Shown: piece by piece, positions 22,019-30,903 of the stretch
How the letters are laid out: every line of letters starts with the position of its first letter
Numbering within the stretch: the first letter of the stretch is position 1
Source of the DNA: Candidatus Latescibacterota bacterium
GTDB taxonomy: Bacteria; Latescibacterota; UBA2968
Direction: 5' to 3'
Assembly (NCBI GenBank): GCA_965116885.1
Contig: OZ220741.1
Span: 896,001 to 960,000, forward strand
Length of the DNA: 64,000 nucleotides
Notes under the pieces: model-generated
What the model was told of the DNA's origin: nothing
Seen by the model: the letters and a program-made list of their open reading frames with translations, nothing else
Databases searched by the model: none
Position numbers and translations under genes: made by a program

Positions 22019-22439
22019 AATCTCCCACTTACTCTGCATCCTCCTCTGCGTCTCTATCATGGGATGCGCCTCGCATCCCCGCTATCGCGGCAAACCCATT
22101 AAAGACAAACCCAAACCCTCCAAAACAGCCGCTGCCCCCAAATACCGATCATCTCAAATAGGCTACACATCTTACTACGCGCACAAATTTCACGGACGGC
22201 CAACAGCCAGCGGTGAAATCTACGACATGAACGGCCTATCCGCCGCACACCGCGAACTGCCCCTCGGCACCATCATTCGCGTCACGCATCTAAGCAACGG
22301 CAAATCCGTCGTCGTCAAAGTAAATGACCGCGGACCCTTTGTTGACGGACGCATCCTCGACCTCTCCCTCGGCGCAGCCAAAAAACTCGACATGGTCAAT
22401 GAAGGCGTTGCCAGAGTCAAGATAGAAATCGTCAAATAG
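21960..22439 (+). CDS. rlpA: RlpA-family lytic transglycosylase lipoprotein (start uncertain)
   Basis: Lipobox IMGC; FHGRPTASGE, AAHRELP, VNDRGPF, ILDLS. Confidence 0.88.
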   Translation: MKLTAYPTLSAACNHLRRIKISHLLCILLCVSIMGCASHPRYRGKPIKDKPKPSKTAAAPKYRSSQIGYTSYYAHKFHGRPTASGEIYDMNGLSAAHRELPLGTIIRVTHLSNGKSVVVKVNDRGPFVDGRILDLSLGAAKKLDMVNEGVARVKIEIVK

Positions 22440-22445
22440 GATAAT

Positions 22446-22826
22446 ATGATGAAATGGAAAGAATGGCAAACTGCAGCAGACGATGAAACTCTGTGGATAG
22501 ATAATAAAGAAAAAGGGCTACTCAAAGCCGAATATCTGACCGCTCACGTCTTGCGCCTCTGGTTTGAAGAAGACCTCGACATCTCCATTTACGATCTGGA
22601 TTTTTATCCGCTCTTTGTTGAAGAAAATCCAGGAGGCGTTTTTGAATTGCTACGCAATAAGGAGCGATTTCGTCAGGCGATTGGCGACTATGCCTTGATT
22701 TGGCCCAATCCCGAAACAGGTGAATATGACGAACAAGCCATTGATCTTGCTCCCGAATGTGTGCGATTCTTTTGTGAACGTTTTGGCAAAATTGTAAAAG
22801 GTCTCCAGAAGGAACAGGTCGCCTGA
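22446..22826 (+). CDS. DUF2442-like protein
   Basis: LRLWFE...GVFELL...ALIWPN...IDLAPE pattern. Confidence 0.65.
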   Translation: MMKWKEWQTAADDETLWIDNKEKGLLKAEYLTAHVLRLWFEEDLDISIYDLDFYPLFVEENPGGVFELLRNKERFRQAIGDYALIWPNPETGEYDEQAIDLAPECVRFFCERFGKIVKGLQKEQVA

Positions 22827-22852
22827 TACTATTTTAACAAATCCATTCCCTC

Positions 22853-23884
22853 CTATTCCTCCCCTCCCTCCCCATCCCAATCCTCATACATATCCGCGAT
22901 CACATCGTCAATCGGAGCCCGGTGTGTTTCCACATCGCGAATAGTCGTTTGCTCTGCCGCTTCATCGAGCAATGTCGGTATCGATAGTTGTGCCGCATCA
23001 AACGTAAAGTGATGGCGATTGCCTTCGCTCTCGACAAATTGAACGCCTGAAAGTTGTGGCGGAGATGTATCCGAAGTCTCAATAATAAGATGCCTGCGGT
23101 CGCCAAATTGACCGCGCAACGCCTGAAAATCCCCATCAAACGCGATATTCCCCTTATCGATCATCACAATGCGCCCCGCGAGTTGCTCCAGCTCATCCAT
23201 ATCGTGGCTCGTGATCATAACCGTAACGCCCTTTTCCCGATTGAGATTCTTGATAAACGCCAGCATATTGCGTTTGGCAAGCACATCAACCCCAATAGTA
23301 GGCTCGTCCAAAAAAAGAATCTCAGGCTCGTGCATAAGCATAAGCGCGAGATCCGCCCGCATCTTTTGCCCCAAACTGAGTTGACGCGCGAGACTATTGA
23401 AAAACTCGTCAATCCCCAGAAGATCCTTCACAAAATCGAGCATAGCATCATACCGGTCCCGGGGAATATCCCACACCACGCGCTTCCACTCAAAACTCGC
23501 CGCCACGGGCTGATCCCACCACAACTCTGTCCGCTGGCCAAAAACCACACCAATGCGCCCGACATAATGCACGCGATCCTTCAGAGGATCCATACCCAGA
23601 CAGCGAACCGTTCCAGACGTCGGTGCAAGAACACTGGAAAGCAGCTTAACAGTCGTAGATTTTCCCGCACCATTGGGACCTGCATAGGCGACAATCTCGC
23701 CGCGGTGAATCTCGAGATTCACCTTCTGCAACGCCCGAATCTCCCGGACATTGGGCCGAAACAAATTCTTGAAAACATCCCGAACCTTCTCCGACCGCTG
23801 GCGCTGGTAAAAAATCTTATCGACCTCGGTCAGTTCAACCGCGATGTCCGAAACCGAGGTAGCGCTGTGACCCGGTCTGTGCAT
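22853..23884 (-). CDS. ABC transporter ATP-binding protein
   Basis: GPNGAGKST, LSLGQKMR, FLDEPT. Confidence 0.93.
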   Translation of the reverse strand: MHRPGHSATSVSDIAVELTEVDKIFYQRQRSEKVRDVFKNLFRPNVREIRALQKVNLEIHRGEIVAYAGPNGAGKSTTVKLLSSVLAPTSGTVRCLGMDPLKDRVHYVGRIGVVFGQRTELWWDQPVAASFEWKRVVWDIPRDRYDAMLDFVKDLLGIDEFFNSLARQLSLGQKMRADLALMLMHEPEILFLDEPTIGVDVLAKRNMLAFIKNLNREKGVTVMITSHDMDELEQLAGRIVMIDKGNIAFDGDFQALRGQFGDRRHLIIETSDTSPPQLSGVQFVESEGNRHHFTFDAAQLSIPTLLDEAAEQTTIRDVETHRAPIDDVIADMYEDWDGEGGEE

Positions 23885-24677
23885 AGTGCTGCATTCCTTT
23901 TTTAAACAAAATCCACGCAATAAGAGAGAAAACAATAGCGACAAGCGGCGTATGCCACAGACTCGCTGGCGCAATACCGAGCAACTGGCGGCAGGGATAC
24001 CACGCGACAAAACCCACGGGCAAAACAGTAAGCATACTGACAAGCACATAGCTGCTCAGCCCATCCAGTGGAAACGACTTGAGTTGGAACATAAAATTGA
24101 CCGCGCGGCTGCTGATCTCCTCAGCCGCAACCGGTGCCCAAAAAGCCAGACTCCCCCACGCAAAAGAAAAAGATAGCACAATCGCGCAGGAAGACGCGAG
24201 ATTGCAAAAAAACATAAACCACCAGTACAGCGGAAACACCGCATCAATCTGAAAAATAGCCCAGGTCCAAATACCAATCCCCGTCAACAAAGACCACGAC
24301 CCGGAAAAAGGCATAAAACCCTCGGTCAGCAGCCCCATCCACACCGGCTGGGGTTGCACCAGCGTGTGATCCATCTGACCGCGTCCAATGCGACGGCTGA
24401 TATGCAGAACATTATAGCTAAACCCCATATCTAAAAACCCGCGAACAAGCGCGGCATAACCCAGCATAAAAACAATCTGATCCCGCGACCACAGGCCAAT
24501 ACCTTCAAACCGCTCAGCCAGAAGAAAAACCGCTGTAACACCCGCGAGATTGAGAATAATATCGGAAACAATATTAATGAAAAAAAACCGAAAATCCCGC
24601 GTCATCCACATAAAATCCAGATAAGCCTGCACCCGCCAGCGGGCGAAAAGTGTTGTCAAAGTCTTCAGGATATTCAC
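23835..24677 (-). CDS. ABC-2 family permease
   Basis: Six hydrophobic segments; GQMDHTLVQP motif. Confidence 0.85.
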   Translation of the reverse strand: MNILKTLTTLFARWRVQAYLDFMWMTRDFRFFFINIVSDIILNLAGVTAVFLLAERFEGIGLWSRDQIVFMLGYAALVRGFLDMGFSYNVLHISRRIGRGQMDHTLVQPQPVWMGLLTEGFMPFSGSWSLLTGIGIWTWAIFQIDAVFPLYWWFMFFCNLASSCAIVLSFSFAWGSLAFWAPVAAEEISSRAVNFMFQLKSFPLDGLSSYVLVSMLTVLPVGFVAWYPCRQLLGIAPASLWHTPLVAIVFSLIAWILFKKGMQHYAQTGSQRYLGFGHRG

Positions 24678-25474
24678 CCCCCATGCGAAACCAGACGTTC
24701 GCGATTGGCATTCCAGAGCCAGTGCGCGACGGGCCAGAGCACAACAGCCCAGACAGCTTGAAGACCGATGAGAAAAACGGGATCCCCCGTACCCGTATAA
24801 ATGCGCAAAGGCGCAGAAGCCAGCGAAGCAAAAGGCAAAAAAGTCAGGACATCTCCAATACCCCAGGGCATCAGCGCAAGAGGAATAATTGCGCCCGACA
24901 ACAAAACACTCACCGCATCTCGAATCTGCGTCAAAGCATAGACATGTTGCTCCAGCAAAACCATAAAACTCGCAAAAATGAAATCAAACGCCGCGCCGAT
25001 GGCAATACCCAGAACCAGACTACACATAAACAAAACACCGGCAGCCGCGCTCTCCGGCAATGGATCGACCCCCAGAAGGGGCGCCAAACAAAAAAGCGGC
25101 ACAGAAAACAAAATGAGATTGGGCAAACCCGAGCCAAACATCTCCGCGATAAACTGACCGTAAATACCCACCGGGCGCAAAAAGCGATTGGCAATATCCC
25201 CGCGCCAGAGCGCCCCATCCAGACCTGTACGCACAGAAATCTGCCCGGCAAAAACCTCTGCAATCAGCGTATAGGTAAGCACCGCATTGCGCGTCATCCC
25301 GGAAACCTCCCCGGACTCTGGCAACAACATCCGCCACAGAGAAAGCAGAAACACCACGCGCAACAGACGCAAAGCAGAGCCACCCACAAGAACCCACCCC
25401 TTGTCATCCAGGGACCGGGTGGCAACCATGATAATCGTCTTGAGATGTTTATGGGGTGTAATGAACATCATCAT
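24674..25474 (-). CDS. ABC-2 family permease
   Basis: GDIANRFLRP, LLSGAIIPL, LPF motifs; ATGA overlap with hemY stop. Confidence 0.85.
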   Translation of the reverse strand: MMMFITPHKHLKTIIMVATRSLDDKGWVLVGGSALRLLRVVFLLSLWRMLLPESGEVSGMTRNAVLTYTLIAEVFAGQISVRTGLDGALWRGDIANRFLRPVGIYGQFIAEMFGSGLPNLILFSVPLFCLAPLLGVDPLPESAAAGVLFMCSLVLGIAIGAAFDFIFASFMVLLEQHVYALTQIRDAVSVLLSGAIIPLALMPWGIGDVLTFLPFASLASAPLRIYTGTGDPVFLIGLQAVWAVVLWPVAHWLWNANRERLVSHGG

Positions 25475-26841
25475 AGAATCCGATCCACGGTATCCACCGC
25501 CTGCACAACACAATCGGGAATCGCCGACCCGCGATACGCACTCCCCGTCAAAAACAATCCGCCCACCTGCGTGGCGAGACGCTCCATTTCAGCCACCCGC
25601 TCCAGATGCCCCACATCGAACTGAGGGCGCCCTCTTCTCCAGCGAAAAACGCGCGCAAACAGCGGATCAGCCGTCACCCCCATCAACTCTTTCAACTCCT
25701 CGCGCGACAGTGCAATCAGCGCCTCATCATCCAGATCCACCAGATCTTCCCGCCCTGATCCCCCCACAAATGTACGCACCAGAACCCCATCGTCCGGCGC
25801 GCGAAAATCCAGCTTCGTCGAAACCCATGTACACGCCGTAATCCGCCGCCCCTCGTGTTTCGGCGACAAAAAACCAAACCCCTCAAAATCGTGCTGCCCC
25901 TCAACATCCTCCTTCCGATACGCCAGCGAAACCGTCGCCGTTGAAACATAGCGAATACCGCGCAACAAAAGACTCAAATCCGGCGCAAAATCCGCCACCA
26001 GATCAGCGGACACATAAGCCGGCGTCGCCATCACCACGGCATCTGTCCCGATCACCTCCTCCCCTGCAACCACCTCAAATCCCCCACCCACCTTTCTAAC
26101 AGACCCAACCGCAACCCCCCGGCGCAAATCCCCATCCAAACGCGCGACCAGAGCATCGACCATCTCCCCCATCCCCCCAACCAGCGTCTGAAACATCGCA
26201 GTCCCCGTAGATGCGCGCACCTTCCTCATCGCCCGCACCCCCTTAATCAAACTCCCATAGCGTTGCTCCATCGCCACATACATCGGAAACGCGCACAGCA
26301 TACTCAAGCGCTCTGCATCTGCACTGTGGATACCCGCCAGCATCGCCCCGCCAATATTCACAGCCTCCCTGCCCAAACGCCGCCGAATAAAACTCGCCAG
26401 ACTCTCATCGCCCTCGTCCCTCCGCCGAGGAACAAACACCTCCAGCCCCATCCTCACCTTTCCAGAAAACGAAAACAGTGGCGACCTCACAAGAGGCCAG
26501 AACCTCGAAGGCACCAGCGAAAAATCCTCCGGAAAAGCCACCAACTTCCCATCCCGCACCAAAAACGTCCGCTGCCGATCATTATTCGTCGAAATCAACC
26601 GATCCGCCAGCCCCAGATCCACACACAACTGAATCCCCGCGGGCTTTTGCGTCAGCAGCAAATCCGGACCCCCCTCAATCAAAAAACCATCCACCGACTC
26701 CGTCGCAATCATCCCGCCCCATCGGTCACTGCGCTCCAGCAACACATACTGGATCTCCCGACCTTGTTCTCGCGCTCTTTTTTCCAAATAAAAAGCGGTC
26801 GCAAGACCCGCTATGCCACCGCCAATAATAGTTATATGCAT
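25471..26841 (-). CDS. hemY: Protoporphyrinogen/coproporphyrinogen oxidase (HemY/CgoX type)
   Basis: IIGGGIAGL FAD motif, EGGPD, DESLASFIRRRLG, PDCV. Confidence 0.92.
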   Translation of the reverse strand: MHITIIGGGIAGLATAFYLEKRAREQGREIQYVLLERSDRWGGMIATESVDGFLIEGGPDLLLTQKPAGIQLCVDLGLADRLISTNNDRQRTFLVRDGKLVAFPEDFSLVPSRFWPLVRSPLFSFSGKVRMGLEVFVPRRRDEGDESLASFIRRRLGREAVNIGGAMLAGIHSADAERLSMLCAFPMYVAMEQRYGSLIKGVRAMRKVRASTGTAMFQTLVGGMGEMVDALVARLDGDLRRGVAVGSVRKVGGGFEVVAGEEVIGTDAVVMATPAYVSADLVADFAPDLSLLLRGIRYVSTATVSLAYRKEDVEGQHDFEGFGFLSPKHEGRRITACTWVSTKLDFRAPDDGVLVRTFVGGSGREDLVDLDDEALIALSREELKELMGVTADPLFARVFRWRRGRPQFDVGHLERVAEMERLATQVGGLFLTGSAYRGSAIPDCVVQAVDTVDRIL

Positions 26842-26853
26842 ATCGCTATCAAC

Positions 26854-26964
26854 GGGCGACCACAGGGGGTCGCCCCTACAAAACGGATTAAAATATCACC
26901 GTAGGGGACGGCCCCTGTGCCGTCCCGACCTCCTCCAGCGGGCAACCACAGGGGTCGCCCCTAC
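26854..26964. repeat. GTAG-type REP triplet
   Basis: Copies at 26854-26879 (-), 26901-26926 (+), 26940-26964 (-). Confidence 0.85.
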
Positions 26965-26974
26965 ACATCTGCGT

Positions 26975-27913
26975 TCATCTGCGGATCACACTTTCCACCG
27001 CATCTGCAACCGCCTCGATAAACACGGGATCGCTATTCATCATCTCTGTGCGTTCCAGGCGAATCCCGCATTTTTGTGCAATCTCCTGGCAACCGATATC
27101 AATATCGTAAAGCACCTCGACGTGATCGCACACAAAACCAATAGGCGCAACCAGAACATCGCGATAATTGCCAGAAGCCAGTGCCGGAATCACATCTTCA
27201 ATCTGCGGACCCAACCAGGGCTCGCCCGTATGTGCCGCACTCTGATATGAAAACATCCAATCCACCGGACCCAATCGATCCACAATCGCCTGTGCATTGC
27301 GCTTTAATTCATCGTCATAGGGATCGCCCATCTTCAACAACCGCGCCGGCAAACTATGCGCCGAAAAAACCACCTTTGCCTTCCGCCTCACATCCTCCGA
27401 AAACTTCTCCAACCCCGCCCGTACCTTTGCCGCCTGCGCCTCGATCAACCGGGGCTGATCGCACCACGAATTGACATAGACAAACTCAATATCACTCCCC
27501 ACCTCTTCCTGCGCATCCTCGACCTTCTGCTGATACAGCCCAATACTCATCCGCGAATAATGCGGCGCCATCACAATGCCCACAGCCTTCTCAACACCAT
27601 CCGCCTGCATCTTCGCCACCGCCTCCACAATCCGCGGCTTCCAGTGACGCATCCCCGTATAAGCCTTCACATCCCGCCCGCGCTTCTTCAACACCGCCTC
27701 GACATGCCCTGCCTGCTCAAACGTGCGGTCATTCAGCGGCGACTTGCCACCAATCTGCGCGTAGCGACTGCGAAACTCCGCCACAAATTTTGGCGACATC
27801 GGCCTCCCACCCCGAATATCGCTCAAATAAGCCGCCATATCATCCAGCGAATCGGGACTGCCATAAGCCATTAAAAGCACGCCAATTATTTTCTCATCGC
27901 GCCGTATATTCAT
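26975..27913 (-). CDS. hemH: Ferrochelatase (HemH/CpfC)
   Basis: MAYGSP, GGKSPL, FSAHSLP, WLGP, GFVCDHVEVLYDID. Confidence 0.95.
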   Translation of the reverse strand: MNIRRDEKIIGVLLMAYGSPDSLDDMAAYLSDIRGGRPMSPKFVAEFRSRYAQIGGKSPLNDRTFEQAGHVEAVLKKRGRDVKAYTGMRHWKPRIVEAVAKMQADGVEKAVGIVMAPHYSRMSIGLYQQKVEDAQEEVGSDIEFVYVNSWCDQPRLIEAQAAKVRAGLEKFSEDVRRKAKVVFSAHSLPARLLKMGDPYDDELKRNAQAIVDRLGPVDWMFSYQSAAHTGEPWLGPQIEDVIPALASGNYRDVLVAPIGFVCDHVEVLYDIDIGCQEIAQKCGIRLERTEMMNSDPVFIEAVADAVESVIRR

Positions 27914-28937
27914 GCACAAAATCAACCAATCTCCGCACATTCTCCACAGGTGTGCGCTGTAAAATCCCATGCCCCAAATTAAAAATATGCCCCGACTTAC
28001 CCTTCACCGAATCCAATATCCGCCCCGTCTGCCGCTCTATCTCCTCAAAAGGCGCGAACAACACAACGGGATCCAGATTGCCCTGCACACCCACATCATC
28101 GCCCAAACGGCGCCACGCCACATCTATATCAATGCGCCAATCAACGCCAATAACATCGCCCCCCGCCTCTTTCAACAACTCGAGAATACCCGACGTACCC
28201 GTACCAAAATGAATAAGCGGCACATCCACCTCTTCTTTTGCAATCGCAATCGCCTTCTGCGAATGCGGCAACACGTACTCGCGATAATCTGCCGGACTCA
28301 ACGCCCCGACCCAGCTATCAAACACCTGCAACGCCCCGGCCCCCGCCCGGACCTGCGCGATGAGATAATCGCCAATCGCCGTCGCCATCATATCCATCAA
28401 ACGATGCCATTGCGCCGGCTCGCCGTACATCAACCCCTTGGCAATCTCGTAATTGCGCGACGAACCGCCCTCCACCGCATAACAAACCAGCGTAAAAGGC
28501 GCACCCGCAAAACCAATCAACGGAACGCGACCATTGAGTTCTGAGACAGCCATCTGAATGGCATCACTCGCATAAGGCATCGCCTCCTCGGCGGGTCTCA
28601 CGGTCAACGCATCGATATCCGCCACCGTGCGAATCGGATTGTGAATAACCGGACCCTCGCCCTTTACATAATCCAGATCCAAACCCATCGACTCGAGAAT
28701 CGGCAACAAATCCTGAAAAATAATCGCAGCATCCACATCATAAGCATTCACAGGCTGCATCGTAATCGCCGTAGAGATCTCGGGCGTCTTCACCATATCG
28801 AGAAAACTGTAGCGATCGCGATACGTCCAGTAAGCCTTCATATACCGCCCGGCCTGACGCATAAACCAAACAGGCGTCGCATCCACACATTCGCGACGAC
28901 ACGCCTTTAAAAAACGATCTGAACCATCACGCATCAT
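27894..28937 (-). CDS. hemE: Uroporphyrinogen decarboxylase
   Basis: PVWFMRQAGRY, GFAGAPFT, QGNLDP, FNLGHG. Confidence 0.97.
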   Translation of the reverse strand: MMRDGSDRFLKACRRECVDATPVWFMRQAGRYMKAYWTYRDRYSFLDMVKTPEISTAITMQPVNAYDVDAAIIFQDLLPILESMGLDLDYVKGEGPVIHNPIRTVADIDALTVRPAEEAMPYASDAIQMAVSELNGRVPLIGFAGAPFTLVCYAVEGGSSRNYEIAKGLMYGEPAQWHRLMDMMATAIGDYLIAQVRAGAGALQVFDSWVGALSPADYREYVLPHSQKAIAIAKEEVDVPLIHFGTGTSGILELLKEAGGDVIGVDWRIDIDVAWRRLGDDVGVQGNLDPVVLFAPFEEIERQTGRILDSVKGKSGHIFNLGHGILQRTPVENVRRLVDFVHEYTAR

Positions 28938-29172
28938 CCATTTCCTCCAGCACCCGCATCAAATCCTCCAGCGACACAATTTCTTCTCCCGTTCTGAGAG
29001 CCTCTGGCGCGGCATCTTCTCCAGAAGTCCCAAACACAAACCACTCAAACTCGCGCAAAAACTTCAAACAATGCCACTGACCTGTACGCGCGTAATCTTC
29101 GCTACACAACTCCCGCGGAATCGGGCACCCGTCGTACAGCCCGCGGGGACATGGTCGGCGTTTTTTCCCCAT
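28927..29172 (-). CDS. Small Cys-containing hypothetical protein
   Basis: 81 aa filling the glnA-hemE gap with operon-like spacing; four Cys. Confidence 0.65.
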   Translation of the reverse strand: MGKKRRPCPRGLYDGCPIPRELCSEDYARTGQWHCLKFLREFEWFVFGTSGEDAAPEALRTGEEIVSLEDLMRVLEEMDDA

Positions 29173-29181
29173 CCCTGTACC

Positions 29182-30516
29182 TCATAAAATTTTAAGATGT
29201 TGATCCAATTCGTAACCCGTCACCTGCGATCTGTAATTGGCCCATTCGATCTTCTTATTCGCAATAAACTTCTCAAAAATGTGATCGCCCAGGGCATTGC
29301 GAAGCAAATCGCTACCCTCAGCCAGATCAATAGCCTGTGACAGATCCAGAGGCAGGGTTTTAATCCCCGCACTTTCCCGCTCAGCACTGGACATCTCAGC
29401 CACATTTTTTTCCATAGGCGGCGGCACTTCATAGCGTTTTTCAACGCCCTCCAACCCCGCAGCCAACATAATTGCAAATGCCAGATAGGGATTGCAGGCC
29501 GGATCGGGCGACCGGTATTCGATACGCGTAGTACTCTCCTTATCCAGAGAATAGGCCGGCACGCGCACCAGATCCGAACGATTGACCACCGACCACGTCG
29601 TGTACAAAGGCGCTTCATAACCCGGCACCAACCGCTTATACGAATTCACCCACTGATTGGTCACCAGCGTTATCTCACACGCATGCTCGAGCAAGCCCGC
29701 AATAAAATACCGCGCCGTATCCGACAGATGGTACTCATCTTCAGCATCGTAAAACGCGTTAGCCTCTCCCTTAAACAGCGACATATTCGTATGCATACCA
29801 TTGCCATTGACACCAAAAAGAGGCTTGGGCATAAACGTCGCCCAAACGCCGTGCTTCACGGCAATCTCCTTCACCACCAAACGATAAGTCATCGCATTGT
29901 CCGCCATCGTCAGCGCATCGGTATAAAGCAAATCGATCTCGTGCTGGCTGGGCGCATCTTCGTGATGGCTGGACGCCACCTCAATCCCCATCTTCTCCAG
30001 CGTCAACACCGTATCCCGGCGCAAATCACTCGCCACATCCAGAGACGTCTGGTCAAAATACCCACCCTCATCCAGACCCACGAGAGGAACCTCGGGTTTC
30101 TCAAAATAGAAAAACTCCATCTCTGGACTCACGTAAAACGCAAAGCCCATATCGCCTGCGCGTCTCAAATTCTTTTTCAGCACCCAGCGCGGGTCTCCCT
30201 GATATGGATTTCCCCCCGGCTGGAGAATATCGCAAAACATACGCGCAACCGTACCGCCTTCTTGCGGGCGAAAAGGCAGCACCTGAAAAGTATTGGGATC
30301 GGGCATGGCGATCATATCGCTCTCGTCAATGCGCGCAAAGCCCTCTACGGACGACCCATCAAAACCGATCCCCTCGATCAGAGCACCATCGAGTTGCTCA
30401 ACGGGAATGGCGACACTCTTTAGAAAACCCAAAATATCCGTAAACCAGAGCCTGACAAATTTGACCCCGTGTTCTGACGCGGCATTCAGCACGTATTCGC
30501 GGCTTCCTTCGTTCAT
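29182..30516 (-). CDS. glnA: Glutamine synthetase type I (alpha-like)
   Basis: FTDILG, FDGSSVEGF, TFMPKP, NSYKRLVPGYEAP, RIEYRSPDP. Confidence 0.95.
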   Translation of the reverse strand: MNEGSREYVLNAASEHGVKFVRLWFTDILGFLKSVAIPVEQLDGALIEGIGFDGSSVEGFARIDESDMIAMPDPNTFQVLPFRPQEGGTVARMFCDILQPGGNPYQGDPRWVLKKNLRRAGDMGFAFYVSPEMEFFYFEKPEVPLVGLDEGGYFDQTSLDVASDLRRDTVLTLEKMGIEVASSHHEDAPSQHEIDLLYTDALTMADNAMTYRLVVKEIAVKHGVWATFMPKPLFGVNGNGMHTNMSLFKGEANAFYDAEDEYHLSDTARYFIAGLLEHACEITLVTNQWVNSYKRLVPGYEAPLYTTWSVVNRSDLVRVPAYSLDKESTTRIEYRSPDPACNPYLAFAIMLAAGLEGVEKRYEVPPPMEKNVAEMSSAERESAGIKTLPLDLSQAIDLAEGSDLLRNALGDHIFEKFIANKKIEWANYRSQVTGYELDQHLKIL

Positions 30517-30548
30517 AGTTATGACCTGTATTTTGTGCGACAAGAGCC

Positions 30549-30640
30549 GGGACGGCACAGGGGCCGTCCCCTACGGTGATATTGTGCTTTGTTGTAGGGA
30601 CAACCCCCTGTGGTTGTCCTGCGACCCCCTGTGGTCGCCC
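30549..30640. repeat. GTAG-type REP doublet plus partial third stem
   Basis: Near-exact reverse complement of 6061-6132 including the spacer; then GCGACCCCCTGTGGTCGCCC. Confidence 0.85.
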
Positions 30641-30903
30641 GCTATCCCATATTTTAATTGTGAAACAACGCAAAAATGATGGTCAAACGTACGCTGATTA
30701 TGTTTCCAACAGGTTTCATAAGTGTTTCGCCAATATTAAAAGCAATGGGATTTATGCATAGAAAATTTATTTGCTTATCAGGTTATTCTTTATTATTCTT
30801 CCGCTGCGATTACAAACGTTTCTCATTGCTCCATAGTTGTAAAACAGCTTCCCAGAAAGAGGACACAGCTATAGGGGCTTATTTTTCAAAAGGGAGGACC
30901 ACC

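Noticed and set aside
30517..30903. N-terminal ORF extensions of glnA and paralog 1 (also prfA, rho, groES)
   Set aside because: They run through REP or promoter DNA; downstream starts fit RBS position and family N-termini better
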